Source: a virus (taxonomy: Duplodnaviria; Caudoviricetes). From it: a DNA stretch of 56,472 nucleotides. Position numbers and translations under genes: made by a program. The DNA is taken from positions 1 to 56,472 of IMG/VR virus record IMGVR_UViG_3300019926_000239; one strand, written 5' to 3'. The notes beneath the pieces are model-generated. The model had not been told where the DNA came from. It did no database searches and saw nothing but the letters and a program-made list of their open reading frames with translations. Within the stretch, counting starts at the first letter, position 1; each line of letters begins with the position of its first letter. Below, in pieces: positions 47,144 to 56,221 of the stretch.

Positions 47144-47500
47144 CTACGGCGGCGACCAGGTGGGCGACACCTCAACGAACTCGACTTCTTGCGTTAGGTA
47201 GCCGGCACCCAACTCCTCAACCGCGTGGGTGGGTACGATAACCACGGCAGCGTACGGCTTACCGCGGCGGTCGCACAACTCGTTCTGGTATGCCAGGGCT
47301 TGACCGACCGCCTCATACGTAGCCCACCGAGAGTTCTCGACCTCGACGGCAAGCGACCGACCGATAGGCGTCTCAACCACGAAGTCGGCGCGCCGCCCAC
47401 TCGGTAAAACAACCTCCTCGTCAACATCCTCCTCGGCGTAATGATGCGTTAGCCACGCGCGTACCGTCTCACCAAACTCACTTTCCGATATGTGCGTCAT
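47144..47500 (-). CDS. PD-(D/E)XK-fold nuclease
   Basis: E..LPSGRRADFVV...AVEVE...AVGQALAY (QxxxY motif). Confidence 0.75.
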   Translation of the reverse strand: MTHISESEFGETVRAWLTHHYAEEDVDEEVVLPSGRRADFVVETPIGRSLAVEVENSRWATYEAVGQALAYQNELCDRRGKPYAAVVIVPTHAVEELGAGYLTQEVEFVEVSPTWSPP

Positions 47501-47520
47501 ACGCACCGGCGTACGCACCC

Positions 47521-47757
47521 GTGGCACTTATCGGCAGCGTACACGTACCGGCGCGCGTGAAAGAGGAACGGAAGCGGTATGTGGCGTATCACGCGCGTTG
47601 GCAACTTTCTACGCTTGTGATGTTGGTGCCGATGTGGTTACTCAACACGTTCGCGGGCTTGAGCGGGTGGGCGGCGCTACCACTCGTCCAACTATACGGC
47701 GCGGTTATATTCTGGTATGTAGACCGATACATCTTCACCGCCGACCTCGACGGGTGA
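47521..47757 (+). CDS. small two-TM membrane protein
   Basis: YHARWQLST...GAVIFWYVDRYIF. Confidence 0.6.
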   Translation: MALIGSVHVPARVKEERKRYVAYHARWQLSTLVMLVPMWLLNTFAGLSGWAALPLVQLYGAVIFWYVDRYIFTADLDG

Positions 47758-47848
47758 AGCGTGTGGCGTGCGCGCACCACGGCGCGGCATCCGGCGGTCG
47801 AACGCGGCACTTTCGCGGCACCGTGCCGCCGTATGCGAGTTAGGGCAC

Positions 47849-47913
47849 CATAAGGTATAAGTGGTACCGGTGCGGAGTCACGAATGCAGACGGACGACAA
47901 GAGGTGAACCCAA
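47849..47913 (+). promoter_or_regulatory. dispersed promoter/leader repeat copy 12
   Basis: CATAAGGTATAAGTGGTACC...ACAAGAGGTGAACCCAA then ATG 47914. Confidence 0.9.
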
Positions 47914-48294
47914 ATGAGTGAAGAACACACCAACGACGAAGCACAGAACGAAGCAAACGACGACCTCGGCGACTTTGAGGAGGAAACCGGCATCACGCCG
48001 CCGGGCAACGACGAGAGTGAGAGCGACGAGGAGTACGCCGGCACCACGGAAAGCGACGAGGATAGTGAGGAGTACGACGAGGTTAGCAAGCGCGTGAGCG
48101 AGAGCGCGGATAAGGTAACGGTTACGTGGAAGTGCAAGCGCGGCAACGGCACGCGCGACCAGGACGAGTTCAAGGTCAAGGCGAAGGGTGAGAGCGCGGA
48201 GGAGGTTAACCAGCAACTCACCGCGGTGCAAGAGCAAGTCGCCGAGATGATGGACGTGGCGCGCGACATACAACCCGACGAGGACGATGAGTGA
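47914..48294 (+). CDS. haloarchaeal-virus hypothetical protein
   Basis: KRGNGTRDQDEFKVKAKG motif after acidic N-terminus. Confidence 0.75.
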   Translation: MSEEHTNDEAQNEANDDLGDFEEETGITPPGNDESESDEEYAGTTESDEDSEEYDEVSKRVSESADKVTVTWKCKRGNGTRDQDEFKVKAKGESAEEVNQQLTAVQEQVAEMMDVARDIQPDEDDE

Positions 48295-48490
48295 GGTGCT
48301 TGAGCGTACCGCCGACGCGTTTGCGGATGTGAGCGTGCCCGCCGACCTCAACGGCAGCACGGTCGAGGTACGCCGTCCGGTGGGCGGCACGATTGCGGAG
48401 GGCGTGGTTGAGGATGGCACGGTGAGCGTACCGCCGTGCTACGCCGGCGCGGATGTTGAGGTACACCCGGTCGGCGAAATACCGGCGTAA
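48287..48490 (+). CDS. hypothetical protein
   Basis: Coupled to upstream gene. Confidence 0.65.
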   Translation: MSEVLERTADAFADVSVPADLNGSTVEVRRPVGGTIAEGVVEDGTVSVPPCYAGADVEVHPVGEIPA

Positions 48491-48581
48491 GCACGCGCAC
48501 GCCCGCGCGGCTACGGCACTATTCTACGCGGTTCCATGCGGCGCGTGAGGCAAACCCACGGAAGGCGGCACGGTGGTAAGG

Positions 48582-48640
48582 CATAAGGTATAAGTAGTAC
48601 CGCGGTGAATGGACGAATGCGAGCAAAGAGGTGAACCCAA
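48582..48640 (+). promoter_or_regulatory. dispersed promoter/leader repeat copy 13
   Basis: Identical to copy 9 through GAGGTGAACCCAA; ATG 48641. Confidence 0.9.
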
Positions 48641-49063
48641 ATGACACACGAACGCAAGCACGTAAGCGAGTATAGTGGCGAAAAGAGGTACGAGATGGAA
48701 GCCGCCTTCGGTGAGGACGCGACCGTGGTGGAACTCGACACGGACGAACTTGAGAGCGCGGGGCGCGACGAGAATGAGCCGTCGGCGCGTGAGGAGTTCC
48801 ACACCGACATCGAGGAGGGCGACAAGATAGTGGTGCGCTTCGGCAGCGGCAAACTTGCGGAGGACATCGTGACCGACGTAAAGAGTTGGGGCTTCACGAC
48901 GGACGGCGTGCGCACCACCGAACACTACGAAGGTGAGACGACGGGATGGTTTGGCAGCACGTACCGCTTCGAGGACTTTGGTGGGTTTGACGACCGCGGC
49001 GTTAACTACGAACTCGTCGAACACGTGCCCGCGGCGGAACACGACGAGGAGGTGAGCCACTAA
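48641..49063 (+). CDS. hypothetical cassette protein
   Basis: After repeat copy 13. Confidence 0.8.
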   Translation: MTHERKHVSEYSGEKRYEMEAAFGEDATVVELDTDELESAGRDENEPSAREEFHTDIEEGDKIVVRFGSGKLAEDIVTDVKSWGFTTDGVRTTEHYEGETTGWFGSTYRFEDFGGFDDRGVNYELVEHVPAAEHDEEVSH

Positions 49064-49233
49064 TGGGGCGGCGCTACGCGGCAAAGGTAACAACCACGCG
49101 CGCCGAGGATGTTGAGGTGCGCGTAACCGCCGGCAGCGAGGACGAGGCAAAGAGCGCGGCGCTACGTAGGGCAACGCACCAGGTGGTTGGTGACGACCCG
49201 TACGTGACCGAGGTTGAGGAGGTCGAGGGATGA
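49063..49233 (+). CDS. 56-aa microprotein similar to 46798..46959
   Basis: VRVTAGSEDEAKSAAL vs ITVVAESDEEAVEAAL; TAATG coupling. Confidence 0.65.
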   Translation: MGRRYAAKVTTTRAEDVEVRVTAGSEDEAKSAALRRATHQVVGDDPYVTEVEEVEG

Positions 49234-49463
49234 GCGACCACGCCGACGTGTTCGACTCATACGTTGAGGAGGGCACCGTGTTTGAACGCCGTAGCACCGG
49301 CGGGCGTGTCACGGTTGAGGGCATCGCACTCGATGAGGATGCGCGCGTCCACGTCTACATCACCGACGAGGAAGCGGGTTATGACAACGACTCGGTTTAC
49401 CTCGGCGACCTGGTGGATGCGGTTGAGCGTGGAGAGTTGCGGCAACTCACGGCGCGCGCGTAA
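49230..49463 (+). CDS. hypothetical protein
   Basis: ATGA-coupled. Confidence 0.7.
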   Translation: MSDHADVFDSYVEEGTVFERRSTGGRVTVEGIALDEDARVHVYITDEEAGYDNDSVYLGDLVDAVERGELRQLTARA

Positions 49464-49542
49464 CGCCGCGGTCAAACGTGGTTTCCGGCGGCATCGACAC
49501 ACCTATTTTCGCAGAATACCGGAAGGCAGCACGACACCGAGG

Positions 49543-49603
49543 CATAAGGTATAAGTGGTACCGGTGCGGAGTCATGGATGCGAGCAAAGAGGTGAACCCC
49601 AAA
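49543..49603 (+). promoter_or_regulatory. dispersed promoter/leader repeat copy 14
   Basis: CATAAGGTATAAGTGGTACC...GCGAGCAAAGAGGTGAACCCCAAA then ATG 49604. Confidence 0.9.
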
Positions 49604-49873
49604 ATGACACAAGAGTTCCCCGAAACCGTGACGTGTGGCGCGTGCATCGTAGACAGCATCGAAAACGACGGCGGCGAACCAGCGGACGCCGAACTCGACA
49701 CCGTGAAGGAGGTCAACGGTTGGATTAACGAAGCAAGCGTGTACGAGGTAGCCGAATACGAGTGCCCGGAATGCGGCGGCACCGGCAGCATCCACGAAAG
49801 CGGTGGACGCCTCGGCGTGTGCGCCACACCCAAGCCACCCCAGGAACCACCCGTTGCCCCGGAACACAAGTAG
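49604..49873 (+). CDS. small zinc-finger cassette protein
   Basis: CGAC...CPECGGTG. Confidence 0.75.
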   Translation: MTQEFPETVTCGACIVDSIENDGGEPADAELDTVKEVNGWINEASVYEVAEYECPECGGTGSIHESGGRLGVCATPKPPQEPPVAPEHK

Positions 49874-49987
49874 GCGGGCAACCTCGACCACCATACCGCT
49901 AAACCGCCTCGACGCGGAGTGCGTCGGGCGGGGCGGTCGGGCAACCCGCCACCCGTACAACCGGCGGGCATAACAAAAGGTGATATA

Positions 49988-50835
49988 ATGGAAAGCCAAG
50001 ACAGCGAATTGGACTCGATGAAGGTATTGCCATCCGCCGCCGGCTTCGGCGACGTTGAGGAGGGCGCGGTCTACTACGGGCGCGTCAACAACGTTACCGA
50101 CTTCGGCGTGTTCGTAACACTCTCCGAGGGTTACGGCGACGACGAGGTTACGGGATTGATGCACATTAGCAACCTCAAGCCACTACACCGACCCACCGAC
50201 TTCGGTGTGGGCGACCAGGTGGCGGTTGAGGCGCAAGAGGTCAACGTACGGAAGCAAGAGATAGCCCTCGGCTTGGTGCGTGTGATTGAGGGGCTTAAGG
50301 GCACCAGCGACGACGAGGGTTGGAGTGGTGTGCGTGAACGCGTAGCCGCGGACGGCAGCGACGAGGACGAGGAGGATGAGAGCGTGCCGTGTGAGTATTG
50401 CGGTGAGCCGTTCGAGAACGACCACAACCTTGCGGTGAGCCGTTCGAGAACGACCACAACCGCCGCATACACGAAAACCGGTGGTGTGAGGAGAACCCCG
50501 ATAGCGCGCGCAACCAGGGCGCGGACAATACCGGCACCTCCTCGCAAGAGGCGGGCACCGGCGACGAGGATGAGGAGTTGGATGAGGGCAAGCAAGAGCG
50601 TGAGTTCGTTACGCAACCAGCGGAGGAGTTGGACGAGGCAGACCACACGGTTGGCACGCCCGCGGGTGAGGCGCGTGAGGCGGTAGACCTCAACCGCATC
50701 GTGGCAACGTTGCGCGATGAGCCGGATGTGCGTGATGTGGTGTTCGACGCGACGGAGTTGGGCGACCTCATCGGCTTCGAGTTCGATGAGGATGAGCGTG
50801 TGGTGGACATCAGCATAGACCTCTCGGACAAGTAG
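49988..50835 (+). pseudogene. S1 RNA-binding domain + zinc finger protein frameshifted by a 32-bp tandem duplication
   Basis: GRVNNVTDFGVFV...GLMHISNL...VGDQV S1 motif; duplication 50398-50429/50430-50461. Confidence 0.75.
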
Positions 50836-50947
50836 CGGCGCGGTAAGCCGCGGCGGCGCGCGGCGTGCGCACTCTCCGCCGTGGTAAATGCCACTTTTCT
50901 ATTACGCGAACGGGCAAACCCGCATACGGCAGCGCGATGGTGGTACC

Positions 50948-51002
50948 CAAAGGTATAAGTAGTACCGGTACGGACGATAAGGTAGAAGGTGAGGTGAACC
51001 AA
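50948..51002 (+). promoter_or_regulatory. dispersed promoter/leader repeat copy 15
   Basis: CAAAGGTATAAGTAGTACC...GTAGAAGGTGAGGTGAACCAA then ATG 51003. Confidence 0.9.
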
Positions 51003-51338
51003 ATGACGCTAACACAAAACCCCAGGCAAGACGAACGCCGTAGCATAGAAGCCGAGAACATCCACTTCGACCTCGACCGCGATGAGTACGAGGTTGCGCT
51101 TGAGGTGCTTGAGGACGAACGCGACGAGGACGGCACCGTAACCGTAGACATAGACCTCATCACCGAGGCGATAGACGTGGTGCGTGAGGAGGTTACGGAG
51201 GCAGCACGCCCGCAAACACGTGAGAAAGCCGTGGCGCGCCGCGTTGGTGAGCGCGCGATGGAGAACGTAGACGAGGCGGTGCGCGACCTGGCATACGACT
51301 ACGAGTGGATAGAGGTGGCGGACGAGGTGAACCTATGA
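51003..51338 (+). CDS. hypothetical cassette protein
   Basis: After repeat copy 15. Confidence 0.8.
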   Translation: MTLTQNPRQDERRSIEAENIHFDLDRDEYEVALEVLEDERDEDGTVTVDIDLITEAIDVVREEVTEAARPQTREKAVARRVGERAMENVDEAVRDLAYDYEWIEVADEVNL

Positions 51339-51634
51339 CGCAAGCGGCACTCGGCGACTTCGGCGACGACGGCGGCAGCACCGAGGAGGACGAGAGCGCG
51401 GGCATCACCCAGGCACCGGCACCCGCCGGCTTCGAGAGCGGCGAAACACTCACCCGCATCCGTGAGGGCGGGCGCATATACGCGGAGGTTGAGAGCGTGC
51501 CCGCGGCGAACAACATGGACGTTTACGAACTACGCGTAACCAACACGGAGGAGTCGAGCGCGGTGGGCGTGGGCAACCTCATAACCGCACACCAGGCGGC
51601 AATAGGCGACAAGTGGAGGAGGTGCGAGGAGTAA
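51335..51634 (+). CDS. hypothetical protein
   Basis: GAGGTGAACCT-ATG, ATGA overlap. Confidence 0.7.
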   Translation: MTQAALGDFGDDGGSTEEDESAGITQAPAPAGFESGETLTRIREGGRIYAEVESVPAANNMDVYELRVTNTEESSAVGVGNLITAHQAAIGDKWRRCEE

Positions 51635-51990
51635 TGCCGTCGCTACGCCTATCGAAAGCGCGGTCACTCATCAAAGAGGAGACGCACGAATACCGTGGGC
51701 GTACGATAGAGGTTTACGCGTACGCCGAACTATACGACCGCCCACTACTCGACCGGTGGTTGTGGCACCGCCTCACGGGCAAACCAACCGCAAAGACGTA
51801 CGTAGGGCGGCATATACGCGCCGAGGTTGAGAGACGCGGCGGCGGCAGCAAGTACGTACACGACCGCATCAACAAGTACGGCAACCACCAGAAGCCGCAA
51901 ACCGAACTCAACCGGCACATCACTCACACACTACGCAAAGCGCAACGGTGGGTCGATAAGGACGAGGAGTTAGCCGCGGGGGCGCGGTAG
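51634..51990 (+). CDS. basic hypothetical protein
   Basis: TAATG coupling; unusually Arg/Lys/His-rich for this genome. Confidence 0.65.
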   Translation: MPSLRLSKARSLIKEETHEYRGRTIEVYAYAELYDRPLLDRWLWHRLTGKPTAKTYVGRHIRAEVERRGGGSKYVHDRINKYGNHQKPQTELNRHITHTLRKAQRWVDKDEELAAGAR

Positions 51991-51991
51991 T

Positions 51992-52675
51992 ATGAGCGAA
52001 GTGCCGGACGCCGTGATGAGCGAACTCAACGAACTCATCGAGGAACGCACCAGGGACATGGTTGAGGCGAGCCGCAAACTCGATAAAGCACCTATGTGGG
52101 CGTGGCTACCGGGACGCGCGCTTAAGCCGCGCGAACTTGCGGCGGCGCTACCAAGAGAAATCGGCAACCTCGTCGTATATGCACCGGTAACGTTCGACGG
52201 CAAACACCCGCCGGTAGTTATCGACGAGGACGACGTGCTACGGGTGCGGTGGTTCCTCCTCAAAACCGAAAGCACGTACACCGAGGTCTTCCTACACCAC
52301 GTAATGAAGCCGAAGGTAAGACCAAGACCGTCATTACATGGGTGGCGGAAAGACCAGCGCGGGCGGGTTGAGGAGTTCCCCGACGTACAAGAGGCGGGCG
52401 CGTACTACCTACCTTCGGGTTGGGGCGCACCCGAATTAACAGCGATAGCCGGCTACTTCCAAGCCGACGGTATGGATTTCCCCTCATACCGTGAGGCGGT
52501 GGTTAAGGACGGGGAGACGCGCACAAGCCTATTCAAGAACGACGATAAGTTACACCTCACACGCCTCAACCTGGCAGCGGAGTCCAACCATCTCATGTCG
52601 AGCGACTATGAGGTGCTTAGTGAGGTACGTGAGGCGCTTGACGAGTTCGGCGATTGCTTAGAAGTTGAGTGGTAG
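51992..52675 (+). CDS. hypothetical protein, paralogous to N-domain of 38660..40396
   Basis: PMWAWLPGRALKPRE...ALP...FLLKT. Confidence 0.75.
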   Translation: MSEVPDAVMSELNELIEERTRDMVEASRKLDKAPMWAWLPGRALKPRELAAALPREIGNLVVYAPVTFDGKHPPVVIDEDDVLRVRWFLLKTESTYTEVFLHHVMKPKVRPRPSLHGWRKDQRGRVEEFPDVQEAGAYYLPSGWGAPELTAIAGYFQADGMDFPSYREAVVKDGETRTSLFKNDDKLHLTRLNLAAESNHLMSSDYEVLSEVREALDEFGDCLEVEW

Positions 52676-52717
52676 CACGGCGATACCTCTTTAACGCACG
52701 CGCCGGTACGTGCCCGT

Positions 52718-54469
52718 ATGACCGACGAGGAACCAGAACGCGTCGAGGAGGGCGTTAACTCCGGCAAAGGGCATATCACACCCGCGGCTAACCAGGACGA
52801 GGGTGGGGGCGAGGGTGAGGAGGGTGGCGGTGAAGTTACGGCGGCAGCACTCTTACGTAGCGGCATCGACCCGTCGTTACTCACGGGCAACCTACGCGCC
52901 GGCGGAAGCCCTATGGGCACCACCACGGCGGACACCGTTCAGCGTGCGATGATTGCACGGCGCGCCGGACTTTCGCATGAGAACCACCGCGATTATTACG
53001 GCGTACTCGGCTACGACCGGCAACCTCTCGCCGAGGACTACTACGTTAAGTATCTACGCAACGACATCGCGCGCATCATCGTTGACAAGCCGGCGGAAGC
53101 CGCGTGGAAAGAGGCACCGGTGGTCGTGGATGATGCGGACGAGGGTGGCGACGAGGAACGTGCTACCGATTTCGAGAAGGCGGTGGAACGCCTCTTTAAC
53201 GAACACCGCGCACTCCACTATCTTGAGCGCGCCGACAAAGCCGCCGGCATAGGTGAGTACGGCATCCTACTCTTGGGCGTGCGTGATGGTGAGCGCGTGG
53301 AACTTAGTGAGGCACCGGACGAGAACTCTTACCGTAGCCTCACGGATACGGAGGGCGCGGGCACCAGCGACGACCTCGCGTACATGGCGACGTTTACCCA
53401 GGCATCCATAACGTCACTCAACATGGAAAACAACCCCAACTCGCCACGGTACGGTTTACCTAAGAGTTACGACGTTCAATTCAATAGCGGCGACTCGCAA
53501 ACGACGAAGACGGTACACCACAAGCGCGTTATCCATATCGCGGAGGGGCTACTCGAAAATGAGGTGTTCGGACGCCCGCGGCTTGAGCCGGTACTTAACC
53601 GGCTTGAGGATTTGGAAAAGGTGCTTGGTGGCAGCGCGGAGATGTTTTGGCGTGGTGCCGACCGCAAACTACAATTCAATTACACCGGCGACGGTTCGCC
53701 ACGGGACAGCGAGGCGCTACTTCAAAAAGGTGAGGAGTTGAACCACGGGCTACGCAACATCCTCCCCACCAGCAACATCGAGGTGAACGAGATAGGCGGT
53801 GAGGACGTAGACCCGTCGGGCGTGGTGGAACAGGAACTCAAGCATATCGCCGGCGCGGTGGGCATACCGCTACGTATGCTTACCGGTAGTGAGCGCGGTG
53901 AGTTGGCAAGCACGCAAGACCGCGCCACCTTCTACGAACGCATCTCCTCACGCCGCGAGCAATTTTGTGAGCCGAAGATATTGCGCCCGCTACTCGACCG
54001 CCTCATTTGGCTCGGCATACTACCGAAACCCGAGGGTGGTAGTTACACGGTTGAGTGGCAACCCCTCTTTGAACTCAACGAACTCGAACGCGCCGAGTTG
54101 AGGTCTAAAAACGCGAAGGCACTCAAAGCCGCCGCGCCTATGGGCGACCCCGCACAACTCGCCACGGTGCCGGAAATACGTAGTCTACTCTTTGACCTCT
54201 CGCCGGAACGTGGCAGCGAGGTGAGCGACGACGTGGGTGGTGAGGCACCGCCGGAAACACCGGACGAGGAGAACCCCGACGAGGGTGAGGACGCCGCGCA
54301 ACTACCGGAGGATATAGCCGACTTGGACGAGGTGGACGACGCGGAGTTCCGTGAGGTTATCGACGACCTCGACGGCGTGGACTCTTTGGAAGGTTTGGAC
54401 GAGTTGGACGAAAACCCAAACTCGAAAGCCTTACCTGATGGCGGCAACCGCACGGACGAGGAGTTGTAA
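52718..54469 (+). CDS. portal protein (DUF1073-like)
   Basis: YLRNDIARIIVDKPA, PRYGLP, VHHKRVIH, IPLRMLTGSERGELAS. Confidence 0.9.
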   Translation: MTDEEPERVEEGVNSGKGHITPAANQDEGGGEGEEGGGEVTAAALLRSGIDPSLLTGNLRAGGSPMGTTTADTVQRAMIARRAGLSHENHRDYYGVLGYDRQPLAEDYYVKYLRNDIARIIVDKPAEAAWKEAPVVVDDADEGGDEERATDFEKAVERLFNEHRALHYLERADKAAGIGEYGILLLGVRDGERVELSEAPDENSYRSLTDTEGAGTSDDLAYMATFTQASITSLNMENNPNSPRYGLPKSYDVQFNSGDSQTTKTVHHKRVIHIAEGLLENEVFGRPRLEPVLNRLEDLEKVLGGSAEMFWRGADRKLQFNYTGDGSPRDSEALLQKGEELNHGLRNILPTSNIEVNEIGGEDVDPSGVVEQELKHIAGAVGIPLRMLTGSERGELASTQDRATFYERISSRREQFCEPKILRPLLDRLIWLGILPKPEGGSYTVEWQPLFELNELERAELRSKNAKALKAAAPMGDPAQLATVPEIRSLLFDLSPERGSEVSDDVGGEAPPETPDEENPDEGEDAAQLPEDIADLDEVDDAEFREVIDDLDGVDSLEGLDELDENPNSKALPDGGNRTDEEL

Positions 54470-54471
54470 GC

Positions 54472-55440
54472 GTGAGCGAGTGCGCGCATAACCACCAGGG
54501 TGGTGAGGCGCAAGAGGTGGTCGAACGCCTCACCGCAAACCGTACGTTCCCGCACGGCGGCAAAGACCCAACGGGCACCACCAAACTACGCGACCGGTAT
54601 GCGGGTGAGATGTACCGCCGGTTCCGCGCACTCAAAGGTCTGGTTCGGCAAGTTGTAGTCGAGGACGACGCGTTCAACCTCAAGAGCGAGGAACGGTTGA
54701 GCGGTAGCCGCGCGGAACAACGTGGTGCCGCACAAGAGCGCGACCGGTTTGGTATGAAGCCGCCGCGTAACGGCTTCGATTTCCCTAACGATGCGCGTAA
54801 GATTGAGGAGTTCAGCGAGTGGCTTGACGCGCAAGTGGATAAGGGCATCCTCGAACGCGTGCAACACAACCGCGGCGCACGTGATTCCTGGCAGCACACA
54901 TACATCCGCAACGCGTACCGTAAGGGCGTGGAACACGCCGAGCAAGCGATGCAAAGTGAGGGCATCGCCTCGGCGAGTGAGGTGTCGGCGGATGCGTTCA
55001 ACGCGCCGCGCCACACCGACGCCGCACAGATGTTATACGCGCGTGCTTATCGAGAACTCGACGGCGTGACGGCTAAAATGGGGCAAGAGATGAGCCGTAC
55101 GCTTGCGGAGGGTCTTACCCAGGGCAAGAACCCGCGTGCCGTTGCGCGTGACCTCAACGACCGCGTGGATAAGGTGGGCATCCGCCGCGGGCGTCTCATC
55201 GCACGCACCGAAACCATACGCGCGCATAATGAGGGTGCGCTTAACCGCTACCAGGATTTCGAGAAGCGGATGGACGGCGTTACGGTGAAGGCGGAGTGGA
55301 GTACGGCGGCGGATGCCAGGGTTTGCCCGCGGTGTGCGATGCTTGAGGGGCGGCGGTTCAAGATGAAAGAGGCGCGCGGACTCATACCACTACACCCTTT
55401 GTGCAGATGCACCGTCATACCGGTTAGGCAAAACACTTAA
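54472..55440 (+). CDS. MuF/SPP1 gp7-like head morphogenesis protein
   Basis: LIARTETIRA, W....DARVCPRC, PLHPLCRC. Confidence 0.9.
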   Translation: MSECAHNHQGGEAQEVVERLTANRTFPHGGKDPTGTTKLRDRYAGEMYRRFRALKGLVRQVVVEDDAFNLKSEERLSGSRAEQRGAAQERDRFGMKPPRNGFDFPNDARKIEEFSEWLDAQVDKGILERVQHNRGARDSWQHTYIRNAYRKGVEHAEQAMQSEGIASASEVSADAFNAPRHTDAAQMLYARAYRELDGVTAKMGQEMSRTLAEGLTQGKNPRAVARDLNDRVDKVGIRRGRLIARTETIRAHNEGALNRYQDFEKRMDGVTVKAEWSTAADARVCPRCAMLEGRRFKMKEARGLIPLHPLCRCTVIPVRQNT

Positions 55441-55593
55441 TGCTGGTGTGCCATAAACAGCGTGAGCGCGACGAGAACGGACGTTACGTATAACGCGCTT
55501 TTACCGGTGCGCACGGATAACAACTAAACCCGCGTTGAGCGCGTTGGGTTTAAGTATCCGCCGGTACTATTTACACCCGTAGGTGAACCAATA

Positions 55594-56073
55594 ATGGCGA
55601 AACCAACAACGGCGGCACCGGATAGAGATACAAAAGAACGAGAGACACTCGCACAAATGGCGTCCCTCCTCACCGACGAGGGCTTGAGCCACGCGGAGGC
55701 GGTCTACTACTACCTTATCGACGTAGTGGGTGCCGACCGCTACTCCCAGGTGGCAGCGGAGAGCGGCACGTACGCCACGGGGCGCGATGCAAGTAGCATC
55801 AAAACCGTGCTTGACCGCGCGCGTGAGAAGGTCGAGAACCCCGACGCGTACACCGACCCGTATGATGCGCATAACCGTTTCCTGGTGAACGTGACCAGGC
55901 GTATGCGTGACGAGGGCGCTACACCACGCCGCGCGTTTTACGCGGCAGCACTCGATGTCAACGGCATCGAGAACCAACACCTCGCTACCGACCGCGGTAA
56001 GCCGTCTCCCTACGTTACGGGGCAAAAGCACGGCAACATCCGCGAGGCGGTGAGGAACGTCGGCGGCGCGTGA
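55594..56073 (+). CDS. hypothetical protein with two HTH-like halves
   Basis: TTTAAG promoter and AGGTGAACC SD upstream. Confidence 0.65.
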   Translation: MAKPTTAAPDRDTKERETLAQMASLLTDEGLSHAEAVYYYLIDVVGADRYSQVAAESGTYATGRDASSIKTVLDRAREKVENPDAYTDPYDAHNRFLVNVTRRMRDEGATPRRAFYAAALDVNGIENQHLATDRGKPSPYVTGQKHGNIREAVRNVGGA

Positions 56074-56161
56074 GGCGCGTGCCCGCGCGGCAACCCGCGG
56101 TTCGCGTACTATTCTACCACTCTTAATATACCACCACGGCGGAGTGTGGCGATTGCCCCAC

Positions 56162-56221
56162 CATAAGGTATAAGTGCTACCGGTGCGGAGTCATGGATGC
56201 GAGCAAAGAGGTGAACCCCAA
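56162..56221 (+). promoter_or_regulatory. dispersed promoter/leader repeat copy 16
   Basis: Nearly identical to copy 14; ATG 56222. Confidence 0.9.

Noticed and set aside
1876-56221. Dispersed repeats as a CRISPR array or integron attC sites
   Set aside because: They are hundreds to thousands of bases apart, on both strands, contain TATA and SD signals, and no cas or integrase gene is present.
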